This document shows, in pieces, positions 1 through 11,106 of a stretch of DNA of 38,176 nt (positions within the stretch are counted from its first letter, which is position 1; every line of letters begins with the position of its first letter). The stretch lies in NCBI RefSeq assembly GCF_001194135.2, contig NC_068991.1:74206760-74244935 (forward strand). The letters are read 5' to 3'. Below the pieces are notes generated by a model that was not told where the DNA came from, made no database searches, and saw only the letters and a list, made by a program, of their open reading frames with translations. The position numbers and the translations under genes are program-made. Origin of the DNA: Octopus bimaculoides. Its lineage: Eukaryota.

Positions 1-380
1 TGATTCCAAATATCCACAGACAATCAGTTCTTTTTGATTCCAAATATCCACAGACAATCAGTTCTTTTTGATTCCAAATATCCACAGACAATCAGTTCTT
101 TTTGATTCCAAATATCCACAGACAATCAGTTCTTTTTGATTCGAAATATCCACAGATAATCAGTCCTTTTTGATTCGAAATATCCACAGATAATCAGTCC
201 TTTTTGATTCGAAATATCCACAGATAATTAGTTCTTTTTTGATTCCAAATATCAATAGACAATCAGTTCTTTTTGATTCCAAATATCCAGACAATCAGTT
301 CTTTGGTTCCAAATATCCAGACAATCAGTTCTTTGGTTCCAAATATCCACAGATAATCAGTTCTTTTTTATTCCAAACAT
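1..380. repeat. 34-bp minisatellite (about 11 units, cut by the window start)
   Basis: Unit GATTCCAAATATCCACAGACAATCAGTTCTTTTT recurs at 36, 70, 104 and 138 (period 34). Later units diverge (GATTCG, GATAAT) and shorten. Confidence 0.95.
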
Positions 381-429
381 ACACTGACAATCAGGATACA
401 GAAAAGCTACAGGTGACATTCATGTGAGG

Positions 430-1130
430 TACAAGGGAAAGTGGGTCATCTCAAACTAGATATTCCAATCTGGGCATCATTGATACTTAAATTAGGATAT
501 TGTATTACAAGGCCAGGGGATAGGCTTCTATGAAATTTTATCTGGGTATTATTGGGATTATGAACAATAGACGAACAGAGGTCAGCAAAATGTAGATGAA
601 GTATAATATTTTGGTATGGATATCACACAGGTGTAAGAAAGAAGACACTAAACTGAAAGCAAAAAACAAATAAAACACCAGCCAATTAACAATAAAAAGA
701 CATAGATGCTACCATAGTTAGGATGGTTAAAGTTTGGTGTGGTAATTGCATTGATAACAGGACAAGAGTTGTTGATATAGATGAAAGGAACTCAAGATAG
801 CAAAATAACTGGATCATGACAGCAGGACCAACTGCCTTACAATATTCATTCTGTTAGTAAGCCAGAATGACGACTATAAGAATATTACTTAGTTCAATTA
901 CCACTGGATTCCACTTTATCTTTCATGTTTTCAAGTTTGTTAAAGTACCAGTCTTATATTGGGATCGATTCTTATGTCTTTATTTCTCTCTTTGGAATAA
1001 ATTGGCCTGTGGTCAGACTTGGAGAGGAATATTGTTCTAGCAACATCTAAAAATACCCAAGGCACAATATTTTGCAACTTTACCTCTGTGACTTCATCAG
1101 GAGCTGGAGACTTCAGGTAGGGCAAAGTAA
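430..1130 (-). pseudogene. Heavily decayed CR1/L2/Jockey-group LINE reverse-transcriptase remnant
   Basis: Hand translation of the minus strand gives RT-like motifs in the expected order across frameshifts: KSPAPDEVT (cf. KAPGPDG), WSCCHDPVILL (cf. RSC..QL), LHFADL (cf. LFADD), DWNI*F (cf. W.M.FN). Pattern recognition only. Confidence 0.4.
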
Positions 1131-1255
1131 CCTGGTTTTTCCTTGGTAGGATTGATATAGTTTAGTACTTCTAGCTGAGGAATAGTTCAAAGTATTGCAA
1201 TATCCAGATTTAGACAATAGACATTAGTGAAGGGAGTAAGAACAGATGTGAAATC

Positions 1256-1478
1256 TTACCGATACCAAACCACCAAAATTTGGTCCCTGGTTCTATACCA
1301 CACACTTCCTGTTTTAAAGTATTCTAAATTAAAACCTTCGATCAATCTTCGGTGTTAATTGTCAGCTTAATAATGTCAGCTTAATAATAACAGAGTTATT
1401 TTACAAAATTCATTATTTTCAGAATTTATTGAAATAAAAGCAATGCATTTCAAGAGAAATATGGTAACCTAAGGGTTA
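1256..1478 (-). mobile_element. TTAA-type (piggyBac-like) MITE, family 1, decayed copy
   Basis: Aligns by eye to the reverse complement of 4726-4947 (GATACCAA..CTGGTTCT..AGCTTAAT..AAATATGGTAAC..AAGGGTTA). Confidence 0.7.
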
Positions 1479-1949
1479 CGCACGATGTAAAGTCTGTTGT
1501 TGTTGTTGCTGTCAATGTTGCCCTTCAGCAGCAGGACATCTACACTGAAACAGATGTTGGATCAAAGATATATCAGTGTTTAGCATTCATTTTTTTGTAT
1601 TTTCAAATTGTATCTAGAATTACATGAGCCAATGTGGCTGTTGCTTTAAAGTAATGGTGGGGTGGGGGGGCATGGTTTGAGAAAATTTTGCTGCTGTTTG
1701 TAGGATACTGAAAAACCATCTACAATTGACAAACTCCTCTGTCAGTGCTTGTGCAGAGCAAATAGTGTGTGTGTGTGTGTGTGTGTGTGCAAGTAGGCAG
1801 TGAGATGGGCTGCATCAAGCACCATGATATATGTCAGTAAAAATACCAAAATAAGCAAAGACAAATGAGCAAGGAATAATTCTTTAAAAAATGGCATGGA
1901 ATAAAGATTAGAGAAATATGCAAATACCGTTAGTAGGAATCATCGTAAG

Positions 1950-2640
1950 NNNNNNNNNNNNNNNNNNNNNNNNNNNNNNNNNNNNNNNNNNNNNNNNNNN
2001 NNNNNNNNNNNNNNNNNNNNNNNNNNNNNNNNNNNNNNNNNNNNNNNNNNNNNNNNNNNNNNNNNNNNNNNNNNNNNNNNNNNNNNNNNNNNNNNNNNNN
2101 NNNNNNNNNNNNNNNNNNNNNNNNNNNNNNNNNNNNNNNNNNNNNNNNNNNNNNNNNNNNNNNNNNNNNNNNNNNNNNNNNNNNNNNNNNNNNNNNNNNN
2201 NNNNNNNNNNNNNNNNNNNNNNNNNNNNNNNNNNNNNNNNNNNNNNNNNNNNNNNNNNNNNNNNNNNNNNNNNNNNNNNNNNNNNNNNNNNNNNNNNNNN
2301 NNNNNNNNNNNNNNNNNNNNNNNNNNNNNNNNNNNNNNNNNNNNNNNNNNNNNNNNNNNNNNNNNNNNNNNNNNNNNNNNNNNNNNNNNNNNNNNNNNNN
2401 NNNNNNNNNNNNNNNNNNNNNNNNNNNNNNNNNNNNNNNNNNNNNNNNNNNNNNNNNNNNNNNNNNNNNNNNNNNNNNNNNNNNNNNNNNNNNNNNNNNN
2501 NNNNNNNNNNNNNNNNNNNNNNNNNNNNNNNNNNNNNNNNNNNNNNNNNNNNNNNNNNNNNNNNNNNNNNNNNNNNNNNNNNNNNNNNNNNNNNNNNNNN
2601 NNNNNNNNNNNNNNNNNNNNNNNNNNNNNNNNNNNNNNNN
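1950..2640. other. Assembly gap; further N gaps at 2898-2907, 4289-4334, 10773-10966, 24746-25002, 30990-31719, 33216-33314 and 36488-36742
   Basis: Runs of N, most abutting micro- or minisatellites. Confidence 1.
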
Positions 2641-3152
2641 CACACACACACACGTCTACACGTACACACACACACACGTCTACACGTACACACACACACA
2701 CGTCTACACGTACACACACACACGTCTACACGTACACACACACACGTCTACACACACACGTCTACACGTACACACACACAAGTCTACACGTACACACACA
2801 CACAAGTCTATATGTACACACACACACAAGTCTATATGTACACACACACACAAGTCTATATGTACACACACACACAAGTCTATATGTACACACACAANNN
2901 NNNNNNNCACAAGTCTATATGTACACACACACACAAGTCTATATGTACACACACAAGTCTATATGTACACACACAAGTCTATATGTACACACACAAGTCT
3001 ATATGTACACACACACGTCTATATGTACACACACACGTCTATATATATATACACACACACACACATATCTATCTATATATATATATATATATACACAGAC
3101 ATATATATATATATATATGTAAGAGAGCCATTGTATGTGTGTGTGTGTGTGT
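2641..3152. repeat. About 20-22 bp CA-based minisatellite followed by (TA)n/(GT)n
   Basis: Units CACACACAC(G/A)GTCTA(CAC/TAT)GTA. Confidence 0.95.
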
Positions 3153-3443
3153 TGACATTGTGTGATAGTTGTAAATGAGTGTCATTGTCACACAGTGTAA
3201 TTCATTCCCAGTATTCTGTGAGATCATGTCTGGTTGAGGGGAAATATTACCTTTGCTTGGAAACAAACGAGGGTTGGTGACTGGAAAGGCATCTGGCTTT
3301 AAGGGTATTGTGAAAGGCCTGATTGGAGGCCCAACCGTCTCAGTTCTTTTATAGGGCTTAGCAAAAACAAATGACCGCTGCAGTATACAAACAAACGTAT
3401 GAACGATATCTTGTAATGGTAAATAATGGTAATGGTAAATAGT

Positions 3444-3825
3444 GGAGACACAATGGCCCAGTGGTTAGGGCAGCGGTCTCGCGGTCGTAGGATTGTGGTT
3501 TCGATTCCGAGATCGGGCATTGTGAGTGTTTACTGAGCGAAAACACCTAAAGCTCCACGAGGCTCCAGCAGGGGGTAGTGGTGAACCCTACTGTACTCTT
3601 TCACCACAACTTTCTCTCACTCTACCTTCCTATTTCTGTTGTACCTGTAATTCAAAGGGCCAGCCTTGTCACACTGTGTTACGCTGAATCTCCCCGAGAA
3701 CTACGTTAAGGGTACACGTGTCTGTGGAGTGCTCAGCCACTTGCATGTTAATTTCATGAGCAGGCTGTTCTGTTGACCGGATCAACTGTGGAACCCTCGT
3801 CGTCGTAAGCGACGGAGTGCCAACC
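3444..3825 (+). mobile_element. tRNA-derived SINE family A, full length with target-site duplication (TSD)
   Basis: A-box TGGCCCAGTGGTT and B-box GGTTTCGATTCC in a tRNA-Arg-like head. An 11-bp direct repeat AATGGTAAATA lies at 3431-3441 and 3826-3836. A homologous copy is at 36961-37342. Confidence 0.9.
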
Positions 3826-3915
3826 AATGGTAAATAATTCAATGACATTAAATGACAACTAGTAACAAAAATACGAGTACTTTTTATGCAATTATATATG
3901 TTCATTATGTGTTTG

Positions 3916-3954
<39 letters not shown>

Positions 3955-4252
3955 CACACGTGTGTGTAGCCAAGACCTCATTTAAACATAATCAATTGTC
4001 TGTTATATTAAGCAACAAACTGAAGTCTTTTATAAATATAACATTAGCCTGAATTCCGTGCTGTGAGTATAAAACAAAATGATGGCACAACCCAAAATGG
4101 AATAATTGATCAGATATTATTAACTCAATTTATTATTAACAATGAAACAATACAACAAATTTCATTTATCATGGAATTCTAATGATTTTTTTTAACACTT
4201 GCACAAGGGAATAGCAGTATATACCAATTATGGTGCTATGTGTGTGTATGTG

Positions 4253-4288
<36 letters not shown>

Positions 4289-4334
4289 NNNNNNNNNNNN
4301 NNNNNNNNNNNNNNNNNNNNNNNNNNNNNNNNNN

Positions 4335-4377
<43 letters not shown>

Positions 4378-4382
<5 letters not shown>

Positions 4383-4514
4383 CCAAATCCACTCACAAAG
4401 CTTTGGTCAGCCCAAGGCTGTAGTAGAAGAGACTTGCCCATGGTGCCACACAGTGGGACTGAACCCAGAACCATGCAGTTGGGAAGCAAGCTTCTTACCA
4501 CACAGCCATGCCTG
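4378..4514 (-). mobile_element. SINE family B head/core
   Basis: Reverse complement of AAGAAGCTTGCTTCCCAA..GGGTTCAGTCCCACTG..GGGCAAGT..GAGTGGATTTGGTA, followed on that strand by (TA)/(CA) repeats. Confidence 0.85.
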
Positions 4515-4725
4515 TGCATAATGATCATTTCTACTAGACACTAAATCAAATATCTGCAGGGGGAATGGGAAGTCAATTAACTAGACCTAAGTATTTTGCT
4601 GGTATCAGCTGTATTTATCCTGGAAGTATGAAACACTCCACCTTATTGTTTCCAAGCAAACTTTTTAATTCCTTTCATATTTCATAAAACTACCCCTAGC
4701 TCTATGATACAACCTGCTGCTTTAA

Positions 4726-4947
4726 CCCTTTTGTTACCGTATTTCTGTTGAGATGCTCTGTGTTTCTTTCAATTAATTTTAAATATAACAAAGAATTTAG
4801 TAAAATAACTTAGTTATCATTAAGCTAGTGTTCGGAACATAAATTGTGACTAAGGTTTGGTGGAAGATTTTAATTCAGAACTTTTGAAAACAAGACATTT
4901 GTACTACAGAACCAGAGGCAGTTTCACCTGGGTTGGTATCGAAAGGG
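4726..4947 (+). mobile_element. TTAA-type (piggyBac-like) MITE, family 1
   Basis: TTAA at 4722-4725 and 4948-4951. Terminal inverted repeats (TIRs) CCCTTTTGTTACC and GGTATCGAAAGGG match at 11 of 13 positions. Confidence 0.85.
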
Positions 4948-5012
4948 TTAAATTTATCTAAAAACTTCCAATCAAAATTTCATGTCAATTCATGTCCAAA
5001 ACACCAGCTTGA

Positions 5013-5228
5013 CCCTTTAGCAGTCAGATTGTTCTGTCAAATGTAATGTTTATTTATTCACACTGCTTTGAATTAATCATGCATTATTTTGTAGCCTTGA
5101 GAAGTCAATGATGCAATTGTTTAATTTTCAAGTGACATTGTAGGGTAGGTGTGAGATGTTGGATCTGGGTGGTTTGAACATAAAGCAAAATATTTGGGCT
5201 GCATATGGCCAGTTTAAATGCTAAAGGG
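5013..5228. mobile_element. TTAA-type (piggyBac-like) MITE, family 2
   Basis: TTGA at 5009-5012 and TTAA at 5229-5232. Perfect 10-bp TIRs CCCTTTAGCA and TGCTAAAGGG. Confidence 0.85.
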
Positions 5229-5974
5229 TTAATAACGGCAGAAATATTTTATTAAATTCACTATTTCCAAAATTAATTGAAATAAAGGTTATGTAACTTA
5301 AAAGAAATATAACAAATGGCTTAAGCAAGCAGACATGGCTGCATTCATGGCTTGCATAACACAAAATTCTCACTGAAGGTGCGTATTTCACCATCATTTG
5401 ATTTTGCTCAAAGTGTCCTAGTTTTCTGCCCTTAGAATAATTTTCTAAATTCTTGAGTGAAGAATGCTCCCATGTACAAAAGTAAAATGATAAATAAATA
5501 AATGATTAACATACCTGACAATTGCAATTAACCTGTCGCTTTCTATTTTTACTGTAGGACTATGTGAAGTTACCGGTCAGATGAATCAAAAATAACTATA
5601 ATTAGAAAGAAGATTCACACACACAGGCATGCACACACAGGCATGTGGACACACATACACACTCGCATGCAAACACACACACACACACGTAAATACCGGT
5701 GTACTGGTGAATTGTGGTAATACTGGGTCAGGGCTGGTTTAGAAGCATGGAAAAATTGCAAAAGGAGTCAATTTATTGGGGATGGTGGTGGTTGGAAGGG
5801 GAGAGTATTTTCATGCCAGTGGGATCTCTTACAAATATGGGGTGGGGGTGGGGGGACTTCCAAATTTCTTTCCTTAAAAAAAAAAAAAAAAAAGATGTGC
5901 TAAATTAGTCTTTTAAGATAAATGTTATTTCTCTTTAATAATAAGCTTATCTAATATATATTATATCTAAGAGA

Positions 5975-6050
5975 AGGTATGGTTCTGTGGTTAAGAAGTT
6001 AGTTTCCCAACCATGTAGTTTTGAGTTCAGTCCCACTGTGCAGTACTTCA
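5975..6050 (+). mobile_element. SINE family B head fragment
   Basis: TGTGGTTAAGAAGTT..TTCCCAACCATG..GAGTTCAGTCCCACTGTG. Confidence 0.7.
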
Positions 6051-6088
6051 ATGCATCTTTAAACTGACACCAAAACTATATTCACATA

Positions 6089-6462
6089 CAGTAGAAAGAA
6101 CCTCACAGTATGAGTGATTTGCTGTGCAAGCCAAGCCTCGTGCGAATTTTTGTCTTGAAGTACAGACGAAAATCCGCGGTACGAGCTCACAAATCGCCCC
6201 ATCTTTAAAGTAATTCAGTTAATAAAACCAATTTTCATATTTATTCTGCGTTCTCTTTTTTATAATTGTCATTCTACTTGTAACCTCAACTTTTGTTTTA
6301 AAACCCATAAATTATTTTTGAGTGTTTTTTGGGGGGAGGGGCTGGAACAAATTAATTATATTTTAGTTAATTTCAACAGTGAAAACTGTTTTGTAAAACT
6401 AGTAAATCACAAAACGAGCTCAATTATAGAATGAATTGAACTCGTATTGCAAGATATCCCTG
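6089..6462. mobile_element. Possible Tc1/mariner (Tigger-like) MITE
   Basis: Degenerate inverted ends CAGTAG..ACCTCACAGTATGAGT and ACTCGTATTGCAAGATATCCCTG, with TA at the left end. Confidence 0.4.
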
Positions 6463-6511
6463 TCCTTCACATCTCCCCTACTGTATGTTACCAATAACCC
6501 TATTGTTATTC

Positions 6512-6885
6512 CTTTACTTGTTTCAGTCATTGGACTACGACCATGCTGGGGCACCACCTTTAGTCGAGCAAATCGACCCCAGGACTTATTCTTTGTAAGC
6601 CTAGTACTTATTCTATCGGTCCCTTTTTGCCGAACCACTAAGTTACGGGGACATAAACACACCAGCATCGGTTGTCAAGCAATGTTGGGGGGACAAACAC
6701 AGAAACACAAACACACATACATATATACGACAGGCTTCTTTCAGTTTCTGTCTACCAAACCCACTCACAAGGCTTTGGTTGGCCCAAGGCTATAGCAGAA
6801 GATTCTTGCCCAAGGTGTCATGCAGTGGGACTGAACCCAGGATCATGTGGTTGGGAAGCAAGCTTCTTATCACACAGCCACTCCT
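6512..6885 (-). mobile_element. SINE family B, full length (head, core, microsatellite, tail)
   Basis: Same head and core as 4378-4514, plus a tail ending GCATGG..CAATGACTGAAACAAGTAAAG. Closely similar to 12090-12475. Confidence 0.9.
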
Positions 6886-7652
6886 GCAGTCATACATCTG
6901 AGTCATTAGAACTTATCAGATCCTGTTGAACCAACCAACCTCTACCCACAGGAGAAAGTGGATTTTATATAATGACAATGAGGTCTGTCTGTATTTATGT
7001 ATGTACTAGATTTAATGCAACATCCAGTTTAACTACCACAATACCCACCTAAACCTTAGATTCAGAAGGGGTTCTCTGAGTATAATTACCTTCTTTCTAA
7101 TCTAAAAAGGGTCATGGGGCTCTAGCCATCCTTCTCTCCCTAACCCATGGAAACACACAGACAACTTCCTGTTGTAATATCTGAAGCCTTTCAAATATGG
7201 TAAGGGATATTGAATACAATTTTGGCAACAAAGGTTTTCCTTTGGATTAATTCCAACATATTGAAGCAGCATTTCTGACATTCTCAAGTGTGAATAATTG
7301 CTTCTGGTTTTTGGATATCTGTTCTGGAACCCATATTGATTCGATCTTTATTCCCCACTAAACCAAGCATCTTTATCGTCTCTAACAGATCTTCAACAAA
7401 GGCAAAAAGAAAAAGTAAAGCAATATAAGAAGAATGGTCAAAAGTAGAATTCCATTTAATGGGTTCTATCTTAGATGTCCAATTAGCTATCAACTTGCAA
7501 AAGTGACGTTTTTGTTGAGCCAATGAGAGAGCCTCCATGTAGTTGGTCTACCTGCTAGAAATAGCAAAACATACCCTGATATCTTGAAAGAAAGAAAAGA
7601 AAACACTGCCTAATTCAATAATACGTTTTAATACAAAACAATATGTGTGTGT

Positions 7653-8208
7653 CATCATCATCATCATTTAACGTCCACTTTCCATGCTAGCATGGGTTGG
7701 ATGATTTGACTGGGGACTGGCAAACCAGACTCCAATCTGATCTGGCAGAGTTTCTATAGCTGGATACCCTTCCTAATGCCAACCACTCAGAGTGTAGTGA
7801 GTGCTTTTTACGTGCCACCATATATGAGGCAATGTGGCCGATGCCAGTGTCACTTAACTAGCACCTGTGCTGGTGGCACGTCAAAAGCACCTTTTGAGCG
7901 CTGGGCCTCACAGATGCCACGATAAATGACCGAGACCTTTGGTAATGTGCTGTGCTTGAGAAGAAGACCCATCAAGCCGAGCAAAATCAGTCATAGCAGA
8001 TACTGGTGCCATGCAAATGGCACCTGTGCCAGTGGAATGTAAAAGCACCCATTACACACTCAGAGTGGTTGGCATTAGGAAGAGCATCCAGCTGTAGAAA
8101 CCTTGCCAGATCAGATTGGGGCCTGGCGCAGCCTACTGGCTTGTCAGTCTCCAGTCAAACTGTCCAACCCATGCCAGCATGGACAACGGACACTATATGA
8201 TGATGATG
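7653..8208. mobile_element. Two family C ((GAT)n-tailed) SINE-like elements in inverted, tails-outward arrangement
   Basis: Left arm (CAT)n-TTAACGTCCACTTTCCATGCTAGCATGGGTTGG..CAGCTGGAT.CCCTTCCTAATGCCAACCACTC is mirrored by right arm GAGTGGTTGGCATTAGGAAGAGCATCCAGCTGTAG..CCAACCCATGCCAGCATGG..(GAT)n. Confidence 0.85.
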
Positions 8209-8420
8209 GTGGGAAGTTGGCAGAATTGTTAGTATGCCTGGCAAAATGCCTGAAGGCATTATGTCTGTCTTTATGTTTGGGGTTCAAATCCTGCTGAGAC
8301 TGCCTTTCATCTTTTCAGGGTTGATAAAATAAGTACCAGTTGCATACTGAGGTCAGTGTAATCTACTTACCCTCCTCTTCCCTCAAAATTGCTGGTCTGG
8401 TGCCAAAATCTTAAACTAAT
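8208..8420 (+). mobile_element. SINE family D
   Basis: Head G(T)GGGAAGTTGGCAGAA, B-box GGTTCAAATCC, core GCCTTTCATCTTTTCAGGGTTGATAAAATAAGTACCAG. Confidence 0.8.
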
Positions 8421-8997
8421 ATACATATGATTTTTACAAGGAAAATGTTGACAGTAACTTCAAAGTTGTGGTTCGCTCACAGTCATGTGATTGTCTGATG
8501 AAGACAAGCAAGGCAGAACATACAACACTGACCCACCACCAACCGTGAAAAGTAAGAAATATGCATTCTGCTTTAAAATATTTGGTAATCCTTCAGTTTA
8601 ATGTTAAAAATTGTTTTTATGCATAATTTGACATAAAAGCAAACATATATGAGTGTATGTGTGCATATTAAAGACAGGATGATCATGGCTGGAATGCCTC
8701 TAGTCATTAGCCAACTCAATTGGAAACTGATTAGCAGTTAAACAACAAAATGCGAATGACTTAAGAGAAAGAGAAAGTAAAGAGAAAAGAGAGGAAAAAG
8801 AAAAGGAAGAGAAAAATGAAAGAAAAAATGAATGAAAGAAAAATGAAAGAATGAAAAAACGAGAAGAAAGGAAAGAATGAAAGAAAGAGAAAATAATGCA
8901 GAGAACTTCATACATTGTGAGGAGAGAATTTATTGATTATTTCCTTATATTTCGGGTGATTCACTCATTTGCAGAGGAAAGCAGTCATAGAATTATT

Positions 8998-9211
8998 ATT
9001 TTCTACTCTAAGCACAAGGCCCAAAATTTTGGTGGAGGGGGCCAGTTGATTAGATCGACCCAAGTACACAACTGGTAATTAATTTATCAATCCTGAAAGG
9101 AAGTAAGGCAAAGTGGACCTCAACAGAATTTGAACTCAGAACGTACCAACAGACGAAATACCGCTAAGCATTTCGCCCGGTGTGCTAATGCTTCTGCTAG
9201 CTCACTCCCTT
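8998..9211 (-). mobile_element. SINE family D, full length with TSD
   Basis: Perfect 15-bp direct repeat AGTCATAGAATTATT at 8983-8997 and 9212-9226 around a family D body. Confidence 0.9.
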
Positions 9212-9440
9212 AGTCATAGAATTATTGGAGATTAGTGGTGGGCCATGGTGCAAACTATGGCGGAAGTATTGGCAGAGTGTAAAACAAAAGACCATCACAG
9301 CAAATATTGGACTCCATTTTGTAGACAGATGTCTATAATATAAATTTAGTGTTACACCACTAGCAATATTTATCAAAAAGATTTTTCAAATGAAGGGAGG
9401 GTAAAATAACTTTAGTATATATATATTTATATATATATCG

Positions 9441-9652
9441 AGGCAGATACTGGTGTCACGCAAATGGTACCCATGCCAGTGGCATGTAAAAGCACCAATT
9501 ACACACTTGAAGTGTTTAGCATTAGGAAGGGCATCTAGCTGCAGAAATCATGCCAAATCAGACAGGAGCCTCGTGCAGCCCTTTGGCATACCAGCCCTGG
9601 TCAAACCATTGAACCCATGCCAGCATGGACAATGAACGTTAAATGATGATGA
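9441..9652 (+). mobile_element. Family C element
   Basis: TAAAAGCACC..TTAGGAAGGGCATCTAGCTGCAG..CCCATGCCAGCATGG..CGTTAAATGATGATG. Confidence 0.85.
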
Positions 9653-10379
9653 CAGGGCATGTGGGTGTGTATGTATGTATATATATCCACATACCCTGTA
9701 ACTATTATTGCTATCTGCTTGCCCCCACTGACCTGGGTGTTCCACCCACACACAACAAGCAAACTTTACCCTCAACCTACCCCAACAAAACAATCTACAC
9801 CACATCTCTCCTCTTTCTCGCCTTTCCTCCTCCATTCATTATGCCTACCTCTCACTCCCCAATCCTGCCCTCACACCCATTCCTCTGTATCATTGCTACC
9901 CGGTAGCCCCCTCCAACTCTCTATATATCCAGGTCCTTCACCAATTACTCGTACTCTTTCATCACACTCCCTTCACAATATCCTGCCACTTCTATTATTG
10001 CATTTGAACCTCAAGGGTATACTCTGTCACTTGCCACTATCTATACCTGTCTCTTCTTTTACTCAACCATCCCATTTTTATTCTGATCCTTATTCCGTGT
10101 GAGTATGCCCACCATTTTGCCACCATCTCTACCCTGATGTCTCCCACTCTCTCTCCTTCTCCTGCACTCCCCCTCAGGCTGAGCAACCATGTATTTCCTT
10201 TGCGGTAGAATACCTGTTTCTATCTTCATTCCTGATCTCTCTTTGACCAGGTAACCTTGAACTTCCTCTACAACAAGACACCTGTATCTGTCTCACTATA
10301 ACCTTCTCATCATCACCTCCTCCAATGCCTCTTCCCCTCTTAAAAAACTTTTTGTTTTTATATCTTGCAAGTACTTGGT

Positions 10380-10659
10380 GACCCTGTCAGTTCAGGTGCC
10401 ACTGAAAAGCCCACAATCCACACTGTAAAGTGGTTGGTGTTCGGAAGGGCATCCAGCTGTAAAAACCTTGCCTGTGCCATGTAAAAAGCACCAAGTCCAC
10501 TCTGCTGAGTGGTTGGTGTCAGGAAGAGCATCCAGCTGTAAAAATCTTGCCAAAACAGTCACAGAAGTCTGGTGCAGATTTCGGCTTGGCCGGCTTTTGT
10601 GGAACCATCCCATTCATGCTAGCATGGAAGACGGACATTAAACGATGATGATGATGATG
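10380..10659 (+). mobile_element. Family C element with an internal duplication of about 70 bp
   Basis: The block AAAAGC..GTGGTTGGTGT..GGAAG.GCATCCAGCTGTAAAAA.CTTGCC occurs twice (about 10405-10472 and 10484-10550), followed by a (GAT)n tail. Confidence 0.85.
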
Positions 10660-10966
10660 TATATTAGTAAATTAGAAGAGATAATACATCAAGGGAAGAT
10701 GAAAGAAGCTAAATCTGTTTACAATGAGCCATAGATGAAACAGAAAGGGTTTTTTTGTTTTGTTTTGTTTTTNNNNNNNNNNNNNNNNNNNNNNNNNNNN
10801 NNNNNNNNNNNNNNNNNNNNNNNNNNNNNNNNNNNNNNNNNNNNNNNNNNNNNNNNNNNNNNNNNNNNNNNNNNNNNNNNNNNNNNNNNNNNNNNNNNNN
10901 NNNNNNNNNNNNNNNNNNNNNNNNNNNNNNNNNNNNNNNNNNNNNNNNNNNNNNNNNNNNNNNNNN

Positions 10967-11106
10967 TTCACTGGTACTTGATTTATCGACTCTGAAAGGA
11001 TGAAAGACAAAGTCAACCTCAGTGGAAATTGAACTCAGAAGAACTGATAGACAAAATGCTACTGAGCATTTTGCCCTGCATGCTAACAATTCAGCCAGCT
11101 TGCCAC
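10967..11106 (-). mobile_element. SINE family D (5' part; 3' end in gap)
   Basis: CTGGTACTTGATTTATCGACTCTGAAAGGATGAAAG..AATTGAACTCAGAA..CAGCCAGCTTGCC. Confidence 0.85.

Larger units (their letters stand above)
4665..5324 (-). mobile_element. Old family-1 TTAA MITE acting as host, split into three pieces by two nested MITEs
   Basis: Segments about 4665-4725, 4952-5008 and 5233-5324 rejoin into a sequence resembling 1256-1478. Confidence 0.6.

Noticed and set aside
1-380. CRISPR-like regular repeat
   Set aside because: The units are contiguous with no unique spacers, and the context is eukaryotic.
1908-3266. Long ORFs of 239-415 aa (likewise 24437-25390, 30867-31739 and 31925-33467)
   Set aside because: They are translations of N gaps and CA/TA micro- or minisatellites, with no coding signal.
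5530-5600. Plus-strand acceptor TTTTACTGTAG| followed by short open frames (GLCEVTGQMNQK* or DYVKLPVR*)
   Set aside because: Too short to distinguish from chance; no partner exon and no recognisable peptide.
7284-7538. Minus-strand ORF faintly resembling an L1/Tx1 RT segment; similar faint hints at 11585-11800 and 14280-14700
   Set aside because: The resemblance is too weak by eye. BLASTX against a repeat-protein library would be needed.
8441-8556. Possible plus-strand exon ending AA|GTAAGA
   Set aside because: Every frame from the plausible acceptors hits a stop before the donor.
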